A DNA stretch of 64,000 nt. Source: Magnetococcales bacterium. GTDB taxonomy: Bacteria; Pseudomonadota; Magnetococcia; Magnetococcales; JADGCL01. The stretch's first letter is position 1. The number at the start of each line of letters is the position of its first letter. The notes under the pieces were generated by a model. That model saw only the letters and a list, made by a program, of their open reading frames with translations. It did not search any database and was not told where the DNA came from. Shown piece by piece: positions 33,203 to 42,190 of this stretch. The stretch spans positions 12,577-76,576 of the forward strand of contig JADGCL010000002.1 in assembly GCA_015229005.1 (NCBI GenBank). Reading direction: 5' to 3'. Made by a program: the position numbers and the translations under genes.

Positions 33203-33303
33203 GGCGACCTTCCTTCCCAGCGACGACGACCGGTCGAACCCGGGATGAGACCCGGACGGGAAGCAACCCGAATGGGGCTCCCGGACCAGGGCCAGCGACA
33301 CCA

Positions 33304-33319
33304 AGCAAGCCCTATGCCG
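33304..33319 (-). promoter_or_regulatory. Putative sigma-54 promoter for the msh-like operon
   Basis: CGGCATAGGGCTTGCT = GG-N10-GC with TTGC at -12, about 100 nt upstream of the ATG. Confidence 0.55.
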
Positions 33320-33558
33320 CAATCACTCCTGTCTCAAGGGTCATACGGGGAAAGTGGAAAGGCAGAAAAGACGCGGCAACCCGTCGAAAAACGGACCACA
33401 TTTTCCGAAGATAAAGGCCAATGGAAACCCAGAGGGAAAAAAAGCCGGCGACCCGCAGACAAACGCGCCACCCCCCGCCGGAAACGGCGGACGGCGTCAA
33501 CTGAAGGACTTGAAACATCGACATCGGAAGGATCGGAACAGCCGGGGGGAAAAGAATT

Positions 33559-33927
33559 CTACCCTTGTTTCCTCAGAAGAAACGACTCGCGCCGCTGCAT
33601 CCCGCCATACTCGAAACGCATCGCCTGCAACCGCCGGTTCTCCGCCAGCAACTGCCGGGCGATCTCCGAACGGTGGGTCGCAAGCGCCGCCGTGATCGCC
33701 GGCAGGCGCTCCAACAACCCCGTCAACCGACGTTTCACCCCCAACGGCGCCTTCCGCCCGGAGGCAACCCGCGCCTCGTGGTCCTGAACCAGCCCAAGAA
33801 CCGCCGACTCCCACTCCTGCGCCATCGCCCCGACGCTCTCGCCGTCAAGAAGCTCCGGCCTCTCCAGAAGCCTCGCCAACTCCTCCAGACGCCCCAGGGT
33901 CGTCTCCATCGTCACGGCTCCGTCCAT
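33559..33927 (-). CDS. Hypothetical helical protein, FliT-like by position (start uncertain)
   Basis: About 120-aa helical ORF directly after fliS in a fliD-fliS cluster. Confidence 0.55.
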   Translation of the reverse strand: MDGAVTMETTLGRLEELARLLERPELLDGESVGAMAQEWESAVLGLVQDHEARVASGRKAPLGVKRRLTGLLERLPAITAALATHRSEIARQLLAENRRLQAMRFEYGGMQRRESFLLRKQG

Positions 33928-33947
33928 CGGCGACGCCCCCCTCCGGG

Positions 33948-34391
33948 TCACATACTGCTCACTCGCAGCTGACCTGCCTGACCGGCCGAGGGGGCAGCCC
34001 CCCCCGTCCCCAAACCCTGGCTCTTCACCTGCCGGACCGCCTCCCGCCACCCTTCCAACAAGGTGTTGAGATGCTTGATGACGATGCGGATCGGCTCCAT
34101 ATCCTGGGCGATGTTGGCATGGGTCAACTGGTCCAGCATATAGCCGTAAAGCTCGAAAAGCTGAAGCGCCAGATCGCCGCCCTTCTCGAAGTCCAGGGTA
34201 CTCTGCAGCTCGGCGATGATCGCCAGCCCACGCCTGAGGGCCATCTTGTGATCCGCGAGCTTCTTCTCCTCCTTCAAGACCAGGGAACGCTCCAGAAACC
34301 GGATCGCCCCCTCGTAGAGAAGCAGCAACAGATCCTCCCGCGAGGCCGTATTGGCGCGCGACGTCTTATAGCGTTTCAACCCATAGGACAT
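33948..34391 (-). CDS. fliS: Flagellar export chaperone FliS
   Basis: LLLLYEGAIRFL, IIAELQSTLDFEKGG, LYGYM, LLEGW. Confidence 0.92.
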   Translation of the reverse strand: MSYGLKRYKTSRANTASREDLLLLLYEGAIRFLERSLVLKEEKKLADHKMALRRGLAIIAELQSTLDFEKGGDLALQLFELYGYMLDQLTHANIAQDMEPIRIVIKHLNTLLEGWREAVRQVKSQGLGTGGAAPSAGQAGQLRVSSM

Positions 34392-34401
34392 GCGTTTGTC
34401 C

Positions 34402-34785
34402 TTACGGAATTCCGGCAGTTTTGGCCCCGCGCCACCCCTCCAGGAGGGTCCGCAACTGCTCGACCACACGCTGGATGTACGGGACCTCGTGAGTCAACTC
34501 GGCCTGTGCCAGACTGTCCAGCATGAAGGCGTACAGATCATCCAGCTGCGACGGGACCGCCCCCCCCCTCTCGAAATCCAGGGTCTTGCGAAACTCCTCG
34601 ATGATCCGCCGACCGCGCCCCAACCGCTCCTTGAAGGAGGCCACCTGCCCCGCCTCACAGGCCGCTATCGCCTCGTCGAGGAACCGGATCGCCCCCTCGT
34701 AGAGCCGAATCAAGATATCCAGTTGTGTCAGCACTTCCCCTTCCGCCGCCGCAGGCGAACCCCCTTCTGCCGCATTCCTCTCCAT
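34402..34785 (-). CDS. fliS: Second FliS-like chaperone
   Basis: LYEGAIRFL, TLDFERGG, LYAFM, LLEGWR. Confidence 0.85.
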   Translation of the reverse strand: MERNAAEGGSPAAAEGEVLTQLDILIRLYEGAIRFLDEAIAACEAGQVASFKERLGRGRRIIEEFRKTLDFERGGAVPSQLDDLYAFMLDSLAQAELTHEVPYIQRVVEQLRTLLEGWRGAKTAGIP

Positions 34786-34937
34786 AACAGGCTCCAGTTC
34801 CTCGAAAAAGACACCGGCCCACCCGCCCGCCCCCTCCGGGAAGGACCCTCCGGACCGCTGGCGAGGATCGAGACCACCCCGCCAACCCCGTAAAAGGCCC
34901 CCAACTCCTCCCCTCCTGGCAGCCGGGATCCCGACAA

Positions 34938-36515
34938 CTATAGCTTGGCCAACGTCGATTGCAAGGATCCTGCCGAACCATTCATATTGTTGATCATTTG
35001 TTCCAGATTGGAAAACTTCAGCGTCAATTGCTCCCGAACCCGCTCCAGACGCTTCTGTTCCTTCTCGATACTGTCGTTCAGACGGGTGATGCGCGAATCC
35101 AGACCATCGGTCTTCCCAGTCAAGGAACCGTCGGTGCTGTTCGTGATCGACTCGACCAGGGTCTCCATCCGATAGGCAAGACCCGGCTTGTTCCCCGTCC
35201 CAACTTCAGTCTGAGTGTTGGTGAAGAGGGTCTTCACCGCATCGAAATAATTGTCGAGCGCCGTATCCAGCGTCGTCGAGTCGAAACTGAGCTTCCCGGT
35301 CTTGGAGTCGGTCCGCAACCCGATCTCCGCGAGAAGCGAGTAGGGCGTCAACGCATCCCCGCTCAAGTCGGCCTCGGCGGTGGGCGTGTTCAACTCGTTG
35401 CGCAGCGAGGCGACGATCCCCCGCGCCAGAGAGGCCCCCTGGAAGGCCCCCTCCTTCTTGCTGTTGATATAATCGATGATGTCGTTGAACGCCGTCGTGA
35501 AGCTCTCCAGCGTCTCCTTCATCGTGGTCTTGTCGTTCTCGATCGAGATGGTCACCGGCGCCGCAGTCACATCCTTGAGACTGAGCGTCACCCCGGTCAA
35601 TACCCCGGTAACCGTATTGGTCTTGCTGGAAACGGAGACCCCGTTCACCATCAAGGCCGCGTTCTGCCCGATCCCCTCGTGACGCCGCTCGAAATCGGCA
35701 GTAACGATGGATTTGGCCGCCGTGTTGAAGGAGAGATTGGCGGAGTTGACCAGAACCCGCTGGTCCTTCTCGTTCAGGGAGCCATCGGCACCCAGTGCCG
35801 GCGTCTCGGTGACGGCAGTGCCAGCACCGTTGTCGGTGAACACCCCCCCGTTGTAATCCGTGTCGGCAAGACCGGTGTCCTTGGAGACCAGCATCAGGCG
35901 ATAGCTCGTCCCGTCGTTCAGGACAGACGCCGAAACCCCCTTGCCGCTCTCGTCATCGCCAGCGCCGCTGTCGTTCACCCCGTCGGGACCATACGACCAA
36001 TTGATCGCGTTGATCATGTTGGCCAGGTCCTGCAACGTCTCCCCGCCGACCAGCGGCCCGAATTGACCTCCGGCGGTGGAATCGTAGAGCTTGCCATTGT
36101 AGTAGAACGAGAAGGTCGATCCCAGGTCCAGGGTATCCGTACTCGTGATCGTCTTGGTCGGATCACCTCCCGCCGCCTTCATGATCTGCGCCGAGTGGGT
36201 CGCAAGCTGGCTCACTTCGACCACGTGATACCCGGCGGAGGCCGTGCTGTCAGCGGTGATGGCAACCTTGTCGCTGTCCGAACTCGTCGCCGTATGCGGC
36301 GCCCAGGCGCTCACGTCCTGAAGCTCGGTGGCCTTGGTCTCCAGGGCCAGGAGCTTGGTCTTGAGATCGCCGAAGGCGCTCTTCTGGCTGTTGTAGTAGG
36401 CCTTGTCCTGCTGCAGATCCTTCAGCCGGGTCTGCTGCGCGGCCACGAGCTGGTCAACGATATCGGACGGCAGCCCGCTCGCCAATCCACCGAAGGTTAC
36501 GTTGCCCAGTGCCAT
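34938..36515 (-). CDS. fliD: Flagellar filament cap protein FliD
   Basis: GLASGL...IVDQL, VSQLA, TNTVTGVLTGVTL, C-terminal KFSNLEQMINNMN. Confidence 0.93.
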   Translation of the reverse strand: MALGNVTFGGLASGLPSDIVDQLVAAQQTRLKDLQQDKAYYNSQKSAFGDLKTKLLALETKATELQDVSAWAPHTATSSDSDKVAITADSTASAGYHVVEVSQLATHSAQIMKAAGGDPTKTITSTDTLDLGSTFSFYYNGKLYDSTAGGQFGPLVGGETLQDLANMINAINWSYGPDGVNDSGAGDDESGKGVSASVLNDGTSYRLMLVSKDTGLADTDYNGGVFTDNGAGTAVTETPALGADGSLNEKDQRVLVNSANLSFNTAAKSIVTADFERRHEGIGQNAALMVNGVSVSSKTNTVTGVLTGVTLSLKDVTAAPVTISIENDKTTMKETLESFTTAFNDIIDYINSKKEGAFQGASLARGIVASLRNELNTPTAEADLSGDALTPYSLLAEIGLRTDSKTGKLSFDSTTLDTALDNYFDAVKTLFTNTQTEVGTGNKPGLAYRMETLVESITNSTDGSLTGKTDGLDSRITRLNDSIEKEQKRLERVREQLTLKFSNLEQMINNMNGSAGSLQSTLAKL

Positions 36516-36666
36516 CGCCGTCTCCCATCCCCGACCCGATCATCCGATACCCCGACAGGAGGCCCCCCCGAGGCCCGACTCCCCTTCCGCGAACACGGAC
36601 CCCGTGTCGCGAAGGGCGGTCCCGAACCCCCTCCTCCCCAGCCAACGACCCCACCCCCTCTCTCTT

Positions 36667-36694
36667 CCATCGGCCATCGGCCACACCGACTTGA
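36667..36694 (-). promoter_or_regulatory. Possible sigma-28 promoter upstream of fliD
   Basis: TCAAG-N15-GCCGATGG, an imperfect match to the FliA consensus. Confidence 0.35.
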
Positions 36695-36784
36695 GAAGTA
36701 TCCTCCCCCCACCCGAACCCGCCCCCGGCGGGGCCGCACCGGGACCGAGGCCGCAAACGGGCATCGATCCCCTCCCGAAAGAGA

Positions 36785-37633
36785 TCATCCCAGAAGTTGC
36801 AGCGCCAACTGCGGCTGCTGATTCGCCTGCGCCAGGACCGCCGTGCCGGCCTGCTGCAAGATCGCATTCCGGGTCAGGGTCGCCGTCTCCGCCGCGATGT
36901 CGGCATCCATGATCCGCGACCGCGCCGCCGACATGTTCTCGACCACGTTCGACAGGTTCTGGATCACCGACTCGAACCGGTTCTGCACCGCGCCCAGGGT
37001 CGCCCGCAGATCGGAGATCGAGTTCAGGGCGTTGGTCAGCTTGCTCAGGGCGGACTCCGCCTTGGCGGTGGTGCTGATGGTGATGTTGGAGATCATCGTC
37101 CCGTCGGTCGACAAGGCCCCAACCCCCAAAGCGGAGGCGTGCGCAGCGCCGATGGAGAGCTTGATCGTCTGGTTCTCTTCCGTCCCCACATGGAAGGCCT
37201 GACCGGTGAATCCCCCGGAGAGCAGCGGCGTCTTGTTGAACTCCACATCCGTGGCGATCCGTTGAATCTCCTGGACCAGCTGATCGACCTCTTTCTGAAG
37301 ATCGGCCCGGTCGGACGAATTGTAGGTGGAGTTCGCCGACTGCACCGCCAGTTCCCGGATCCGCTGCAGGGCGTTGGTCGTCTGATCCAGCGCCCCTTCG
37401 GCCACCTGCGCCAACGAGATACCGTCGTTGGCATTGCGGATCGCCTGGTTCAGACCCCGGACCTGCGAGGTCATCCGCGCGGAAATGGCCAGACCTGCGG
37501 CGTCATCCTTGGCCGAGTTGATCCGGAGACCGGAGGAGAGTCGCGCAAAGGTCTGACCCAACTGCCCGGTCGACACGTTGAGGTTTCTCTGGGCGTTCAG
37601 CGAAGCGACGTTTGTATTGATGAACAAAGGCAT
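36785..37633 (-). CDS. fliC: Flagellin (short, 282 aa)
   Basis: INTNVASLNAQR, LSSGLRINSAKDDAAGL, RATLGAVQNRF, SRIMDAD, AQANQQPQ. Confidence 0.96.
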   Translation of the reverse strand: MPLFINTNVASLNAQRNLNVSTGQLGQTFARLSSGLRINSAKDDAAGLAISARMTSQVRGLNQAIRNANDGISLAQVAEGALDQTTNALQRIRELAVQSANSTYNSSDRADLQKEVDQLVQEIQRIATDVEFNKTPLLSGGFTGQAFHVGTEENQTIKLSIGAAHASALGVGALSTDGTMISNITISTTAKAESALSKLTNALNSISDLRATLGAVQNRFESVIQNLSNVVENMSAARSRIMDADIAAETATLTRNAILQQAGTAVLAQANQQPQLALQLLG

Positions 37634-37739
37634 GATCGGCTTCCTCTCGTAAGATTTCCTTCCGCGCTACTTGCCGGCGGCGTCCAGCCTGCGCATTCGG
37701 CGATTCGCGGACCTGTTCGATTCCCTTTGGAAATCTCGG

Positions 37740-38234
37740 TTAACGTCCTCCACTTACCGCCCGGCCCCTCCTGGTCCGGACCTGCTTCTCTTCCCGGTAG
37801 GTCGACCGCATCTCATCCGGGATCAAGGGCTGCCTCGGCGAATACTCCTTGAACAGGATCTGCCGCCCCTGGCGATTGCCGGCATTGACGACCACCGGTC
37901 CAGCAAGGTTGGTCCGCATGTCCTCGGGCCGTCCCTCCGGGATCGTCACCAGGGTGAAGACCTCCACATCCTCCCGCCGCTCCAGGCCGATCGCCTCCGC
38001 ATCCTGATCGGAGACGACAAACTCCAGATCCTTGAAGAAGTCGAAAGGATCGATGACGATGAACGCAATCTCGGGCTCGTCCACCGACTGCAACCAAAAG
38101 AACGAGGAGTCATCCCCATACGGAAAGAGGAGGTACCGGCGGCTCATGGGGAACCCCAACAGTCCCTCGTTCAGTTGGATGATGTCCTCCTCACTGAATT
38201 CCAGCGTCCCAAATCGGGTTCCCTGAATCTCCAT
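37740..38234 (-). CDS. fliW: Flagellar assembly factor FliW (copy 2)
   Basis: TRFG, GLLGF, FWLQS, DPFDFF, TNLAGPVVVN. Confidence 0.92.
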   Translation of the reverse strand: MEIQGTRFGTLEFSEEDIIQLNEGLLGFPMSRRYLLFPYGDDSSFFWLQSVDEPEIAFIVIDPFDFFKDLEFVVSDQDAEAIGLERREDVEVFTLVTIPEGRPEDMRTNLAGPVVVNAGNRQGRQILFKEYSPRQPLIPDEMRSTYREEKQVRTRRGRAVSGGR

Positions 38235-38669
38235 GGTCTTCCGACTCTCCGATAGAAGTTTCGGACCTTGGGGCCTTGCCCCCTCCACTTCGGTCCACCG
38301 GCCTGCAGGTCTCTCTCTGTGATTCCGATTCCAGTCGATCTCTCCAATGATTCAATGCAATCGCTTCCCACTCTTTCCGGCTCCGCTCTTCCGGGACCCT
38401 CCCCTGGCCGATCCCCCCCTGCAATCCTCTCGTTGTAATCTACAGAAAGTCTTTCTATTCACATACCGTGCCGATAATTTTTACCTGAACAATCCACCCG
38501 TTTCCCACTTCCCCGGGCCAAAATTGCCCCCTCCGCGCCTTCCGTCCAACCTTCCCTTCCCCCTTCTCTTCGGGAGCGGAAAAATTTTCCGCCCCCGTCG
38601 TCGCTTCTTTACCGGCGGGGTCGGGAAAAGGGCACAACCGGCCCCCTCCCCGACCCGACCACCGGCAAA

Positions 38670-41552
38670 CTAGCCGCTCAGGAGTTGCAGGGCCAACTGC
38701 GGCTGTTGGTTCGCCTGGGCCAGCACCGCCGTCGAGGCCTGCTGCATGATCGCATACTTGGTCAGATTGGCCGTCTCCTCGGCGACATCCGTGTCCAGGA
38801 TCCGCGAGCGGGCCGCCGAGACATTCTCCACGACGTTGGAGAGATTCTTGATGTTGGCCTCGAACCGGTTCTGGATCGCCCCCAGCTCGGCGCGGGTGCC
38901 GGAGACCCGGTCGATGGCATTCTTGATGATGCCGATCATCCGCCCCGCCGCCGCCTGCCCGTTCAGGGGCGGGTTGGTGCTGTTGGTCGCCGGCGGATTG
39001 AAGGGCAGGGTCGGATCCGTCGGAATCGAGTTGCCGGTGATGTCCACCAACGGTGTCGGCGGAAACCGGGTGGTGCCGCTCTGATCGATCAACCAGTCCG
39101 GAACCGTGATGTGGCTGCCGGCGATCGGCTTGGCACCGACATTGGCCGCATAGCTCACCGCGTAGTCGCGCGCATCGAGGACCTTGGCCATGTTGTGGGC
39201 CGCCGAAAGAGTCGTCGCAATCGTCGCCCCGCCCTGGGCCGCCGCGATCCCCGCCGCCGCAATCACCTTGGCAGTATCGTTGGCCAGGTTACCGCCCTGG
39301 TCAGCCTTCACCGCGTTGGCGGCGATCGTCTCGATATCCTTGCCGGTATTGACCGCCTGGGCAAAGGCCTGAAGGACGATGAGAATATTGCCCACCGGGA
39401 CATCCTTCACCCCGGCCTTGACCACCGCCTCCTCCACGACCTTCGAGGTACTCGTGGCATTGGCCACGGCGGTGACCACCGCCTCCTTCGTCGGCGTCGC
39501 CTTGGCGGCCAGGACCACACTCCCGGAGGTCCCCGTGGTCGCACTCGCCTTGCCCGCCTCCAACGCCGCCGCGGAGATCGTCATCGCCTCGTGATAGGTC
39601 AGGTTATGACCGGCATCCGCCGCCATCGCCGCCCGGGCGATGGTCACCTGATCATCCCCGGAGGTGACCCCGGCATCGATGGCCGAAATCACCGCCGCCT
39701 GTTCGTTGGCCCCAACGCTGGTCGCCTTCACCGCGTCATCGACCACCGCCCCGGTCGTGCTCGCCGCACCGATGGCGGTCGTCAGCGGATCCCGGGCCGC
39801 TTCGGCAATGCTCCCCTGGCTCCCCGTGGTCGCGCCGCTCCGGGCGGCGGCGATCCCCGCCGCCGCGATCACCTTGGCGTCAGCCAGGGTAAGGGTACCG
39901 TTACTGTCCGCCGCCACCCCCGCTGCCGCCACCACATCGACGTTGCTGCCAGCGGCAATCGCCGCATCGAAGGCCGCGATCACATCGTTCAGGTTGGTCG
40001 CATCGGCGGTCGTGTTCTTGACCCCGGTCGCCGCCACGGCATTATCCACCACCGCTGCCGCCGTCGCCGACCCTTCGATCGCCGTGAACACCCCCGTCCG
40101 GTTGTTCGACTCCGAGGCCTTGAACGCCGCCGCCGCAATCACCTCCGCCTGGTCGGCACGGATCGAGGAGTCGGCATTGGCGATCGCCACCCCCGCCGCC
40201 GCGTTCCGGGCGTTGGTCACGCTCCCGGTCAGAGACCCGGCAGCCAGACCCGCCGCCGCAATCGCCTTGGCATCCTTCAGGGTGATCGTCGCGTCCGCCG
40301 CATTGATCGCCACCGCGATCGTCGCCGCATCCTGGCCCGCCGTCACCCCCGCATCCGCCGCCGCGATCGCCGCCGCCTTGGCGCCGGCCGTGCCGCCGCT
40401 CACCGCGTTCACCGCATCATCGACCACACTCGCCGTGTTCGCCGCGTTCGCCACCGCCGACACCAGGATCGTCGCCGACTCCGCCGATTGCGCCGCCGCC
40501 GTCGCCGCAGCCACCGTGCCGCCGCCGGCCAGGCTCTTCGCCGCCGTCGCCATGATCCGCGCCTCGGCCACGCTCAGCGTGCCGGAGGAGGCCGACGCCG
40601 CCAGCGTCGCCAGCGCCCCAACATCCGAGGTCGCCGTCGCCCCATCCAGCACCGCGATCACCGCCGCCTTCTTCGACTCCGGGACATTCGATGCCTGCAC
40701 CGCGTTGTCATTGACATCCGCCGCCGCTGCCGTCGACTGAATCGCACCGATGATCCCCTTGGCCTTGTCCTTGCCGGCGGTCGCATAATCAATCGTCTTG
40801 AGCGACGTGGCGTTGCCGTTGACCGCATTGATCCCCGAATCCGCCACCCCGCTCATCAACGTCGTGAAGGGCGATTTCGACTGGGTGTTGGCATTGGCGA
40901 TCCCGGCAATGATCGTCGCCACATTGTTGTTGAAGAGCTTCGAGCCCGCCAGCGGCGTCGACGGCGCCGTGATCGTGAGCCCCTTGATCTTGGGGTTGTC
41001 GACGCTCTCCTTGGCGTTGGGATCGGCCAACACGTTCTGCGCCAGGAGCGTCTCGGCCCGGGCATCGGCGAGCGTCACGACGATCGTCTGTCCCTCCCTC
41101 GCCCCCACATGGAACACCAGCGGCTCGGTCTCGCCGTTCAGCATCGGCCAGTTGTTGAACTCGGTCTCCTGCGCCACCCGCTCGATCTCGGCGAGGAGTT
41201 GGTTGATCTCCTGTTGCAGGCTCTCCCGATCCGCCGGGCTGTTGGAGGCGTTGGCCGCCTGCACCGACAGCTCGTTCATCCGCTGGAGCATGTTGGCGTG
41301 TTCGGCCAATGCCCCTTCCGCCACCTGCGACACCGAGATGCCGTCGTTGGCATTGCGCACCGCCGAGTTCAGTCCACGAATCTGCGCCGTCATCCGGTTC
41401 GAGATCGCAAGCCCCGCGGCGTCATCGCCGGCGGTGTTGATCCGCAACCCCGAGGAGAGGCGGGCGAAGACCTTGCCCAGCCGATCGGTGGAACCCAGCA
41501 GGCTGCGCTGAGCGTTCAAGGAGGCGACGTTGGTATTGATAAAGAGAGCCAT
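38670..41552 (-). CDS. fliC: Giant flagellin (960 aa) with Ala-rich internal repeats
   Basis: Conserved flagellin N- and C-termini flanking a ~700-aa insert. Confidence 0.93.
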   Translation of the reverse strand: MALFINTNVASLNAQRSLLGSTDRLGKVFARLSSGLRINTAGDDAAGLAISNRMTAQIRGLNSAVRNANDGISVSQVAEGALAEHANMLQRMNELSVQAANASNSPADRESLQQEINQLLAEIERVAQETEFNNWPMLNGETEPLVFHVGAREGQTIVVTLADARAETLLAQNVLADPNAKESVDNPKIKGLTITAPSTPLAGSKLFNNNVATIIAGIANANTQSKSPFTTLMSGVADSGINAVNGNATSLKTIDYATAGKDKAKGIIGAIQSTAAAADVNDNAVQASNVPESKKAAVIAVLDGATATSDVGALATLAASASSGTLSVAEARIMATAAKSLAGGGTVAAATAAAQSAESATILVSAVANAANTASVVDDAVNAVSGGTAGAKAAAIAAADAGVTAGQDAATIAVAINAADATITLKDAKAIAAAGLAAGSLTGSVTNARNAAAGVAIANADSSIRADQAEVIAAAAFKASESNNRTGVFTAIEGSATAAAVVDNAVAATGVKNTTADATNLNDVIAAFDAAIAAGSNVDVVAAAGVAADSNGTLTLADAKVIAAAGIAAARSGATTGSQGSIAEAARDPLTTAIGAASTTGAVVDDAVKATSVGANEQAAVISAIDAGVTSGDDQVTIARAAMAADAGHNLTYHEAMTISAAALEAGKASATTGTSGSVVLAAKATPTKEAVVTAVANATSTSKVVEEAVVKAGVKDVPVGNILIVLQAFAQAVNTGKDIETIAANAVKADQGGNLANDTAKVIAAAGIAAAQGGATIATTLSAAHNMAKVLDARDYAVSYAANVGAKPIAGSHITVPDWLIDQSGTTRFPPTPLVDITGNSIPTDPTLPFNPPATNSTNPPLNGQAAAGRMIGIIKNAIDRVSGTRAELGAIQNRFEANIKNLSNVVENVSAARSRILDTDVAEETANLTKYAIMQQASTAVLAQANQQPQLALQLLSG

Positions 41553-41590
41553 GAGCGTGTTCCTTCTCGAATCCTTATTGTCCCGATGAA

Positions 41591-42157
41591 TCAGCCAGCC
41601 TGCGCCAAACGGATAGGCCTGGAGGTTGTTTTTCTCTGACCCGCTGCCACCTGGGTCCCCTCGTCAAGCCCCCGCTGCCGGGCCCGCTGCCGGGTCCGCT
41701 CCCTGCCGGCTTCCTCAACAAACTGACCCCTCAGCTCCTCGGGAATCAGGAACTGCCTCGGGGAATATTCCTTCAACAGAATCTGCCGCCCGTGCCGGTT
41801 GGCGATGTTCACCACCACCGGCCCCGCCAGATTGGTCCGCATCTCCTCCGGGTGACCCTCCGGGATCGTCACCAGACTGAAGATCTCCACATCCTCGCTC
41901 CGGGCCAGCCCGATCGCCTGGACATCCTCGTCCTGGATGGAAAACTCCAGGTCGGCGAAGAAGTCGAACGGATTGACGACGATGAAGGAGATCTCCGGCT
42001 CATCCACCGACTGCAACCAGAAGAACGAGGAGCCCTCCCCGTAGGGAAAGAGGAGAAATCTCCGGCTCATCGGAAAACCGAGCAAGCCCTCGTCCAGGCA
42101 GATGATCTCTTCCTGATCGTATTCCAGTGTCCCGAACCGGGTGCCGTGAATTTCCAT
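41591..42157 (-). CDS. fliW: Flagellar assembly factor FliW (copy 1; alternative start 42184)
   Basis: Same motifs as the 37740-38234 paralog; follows flgL. Confidence 0.92.
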   Translation of the reverse strand: MEIHGTRFGTLEYDQEEIICLDEGLLGFPMSRRFLLFPYGEGSSFFWLQSVDEPEISFIVVNPFDFFADLEFSIQDEDVQAIGLARSEDVEIFSLVTIPEGHPEEMRTNLAGPVVVNIANRHGRQILLKEYSPRQFLIPEELRGQFVEEAGRERTRQRARQRGLDEGTQVAAGQRKTTSRPIRLAQAG

Positions 42158-42190
42158 GACCGTCTCTCCATTCCCGCGTTTCATGCCCGC

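Noticed and set aside
33370-33410. c-di-GMP-I riboswitch-like GGCAACCCGTCGAAA hairpin
   Set aside because: Lacks the following GCAAAG/P3 element and lies on the strand opposite the downstream msh-like genes.
38458-38477. GCCGATAA sigma-28 -10 box (plus strand) and CGGCAC-N5-GTGA sigma-54-like site (minus strand)
   Set aside because: The sigma-28 box points away from the flagellar genes and has no -35; the sigma-54-like site lacks the GC at -12.
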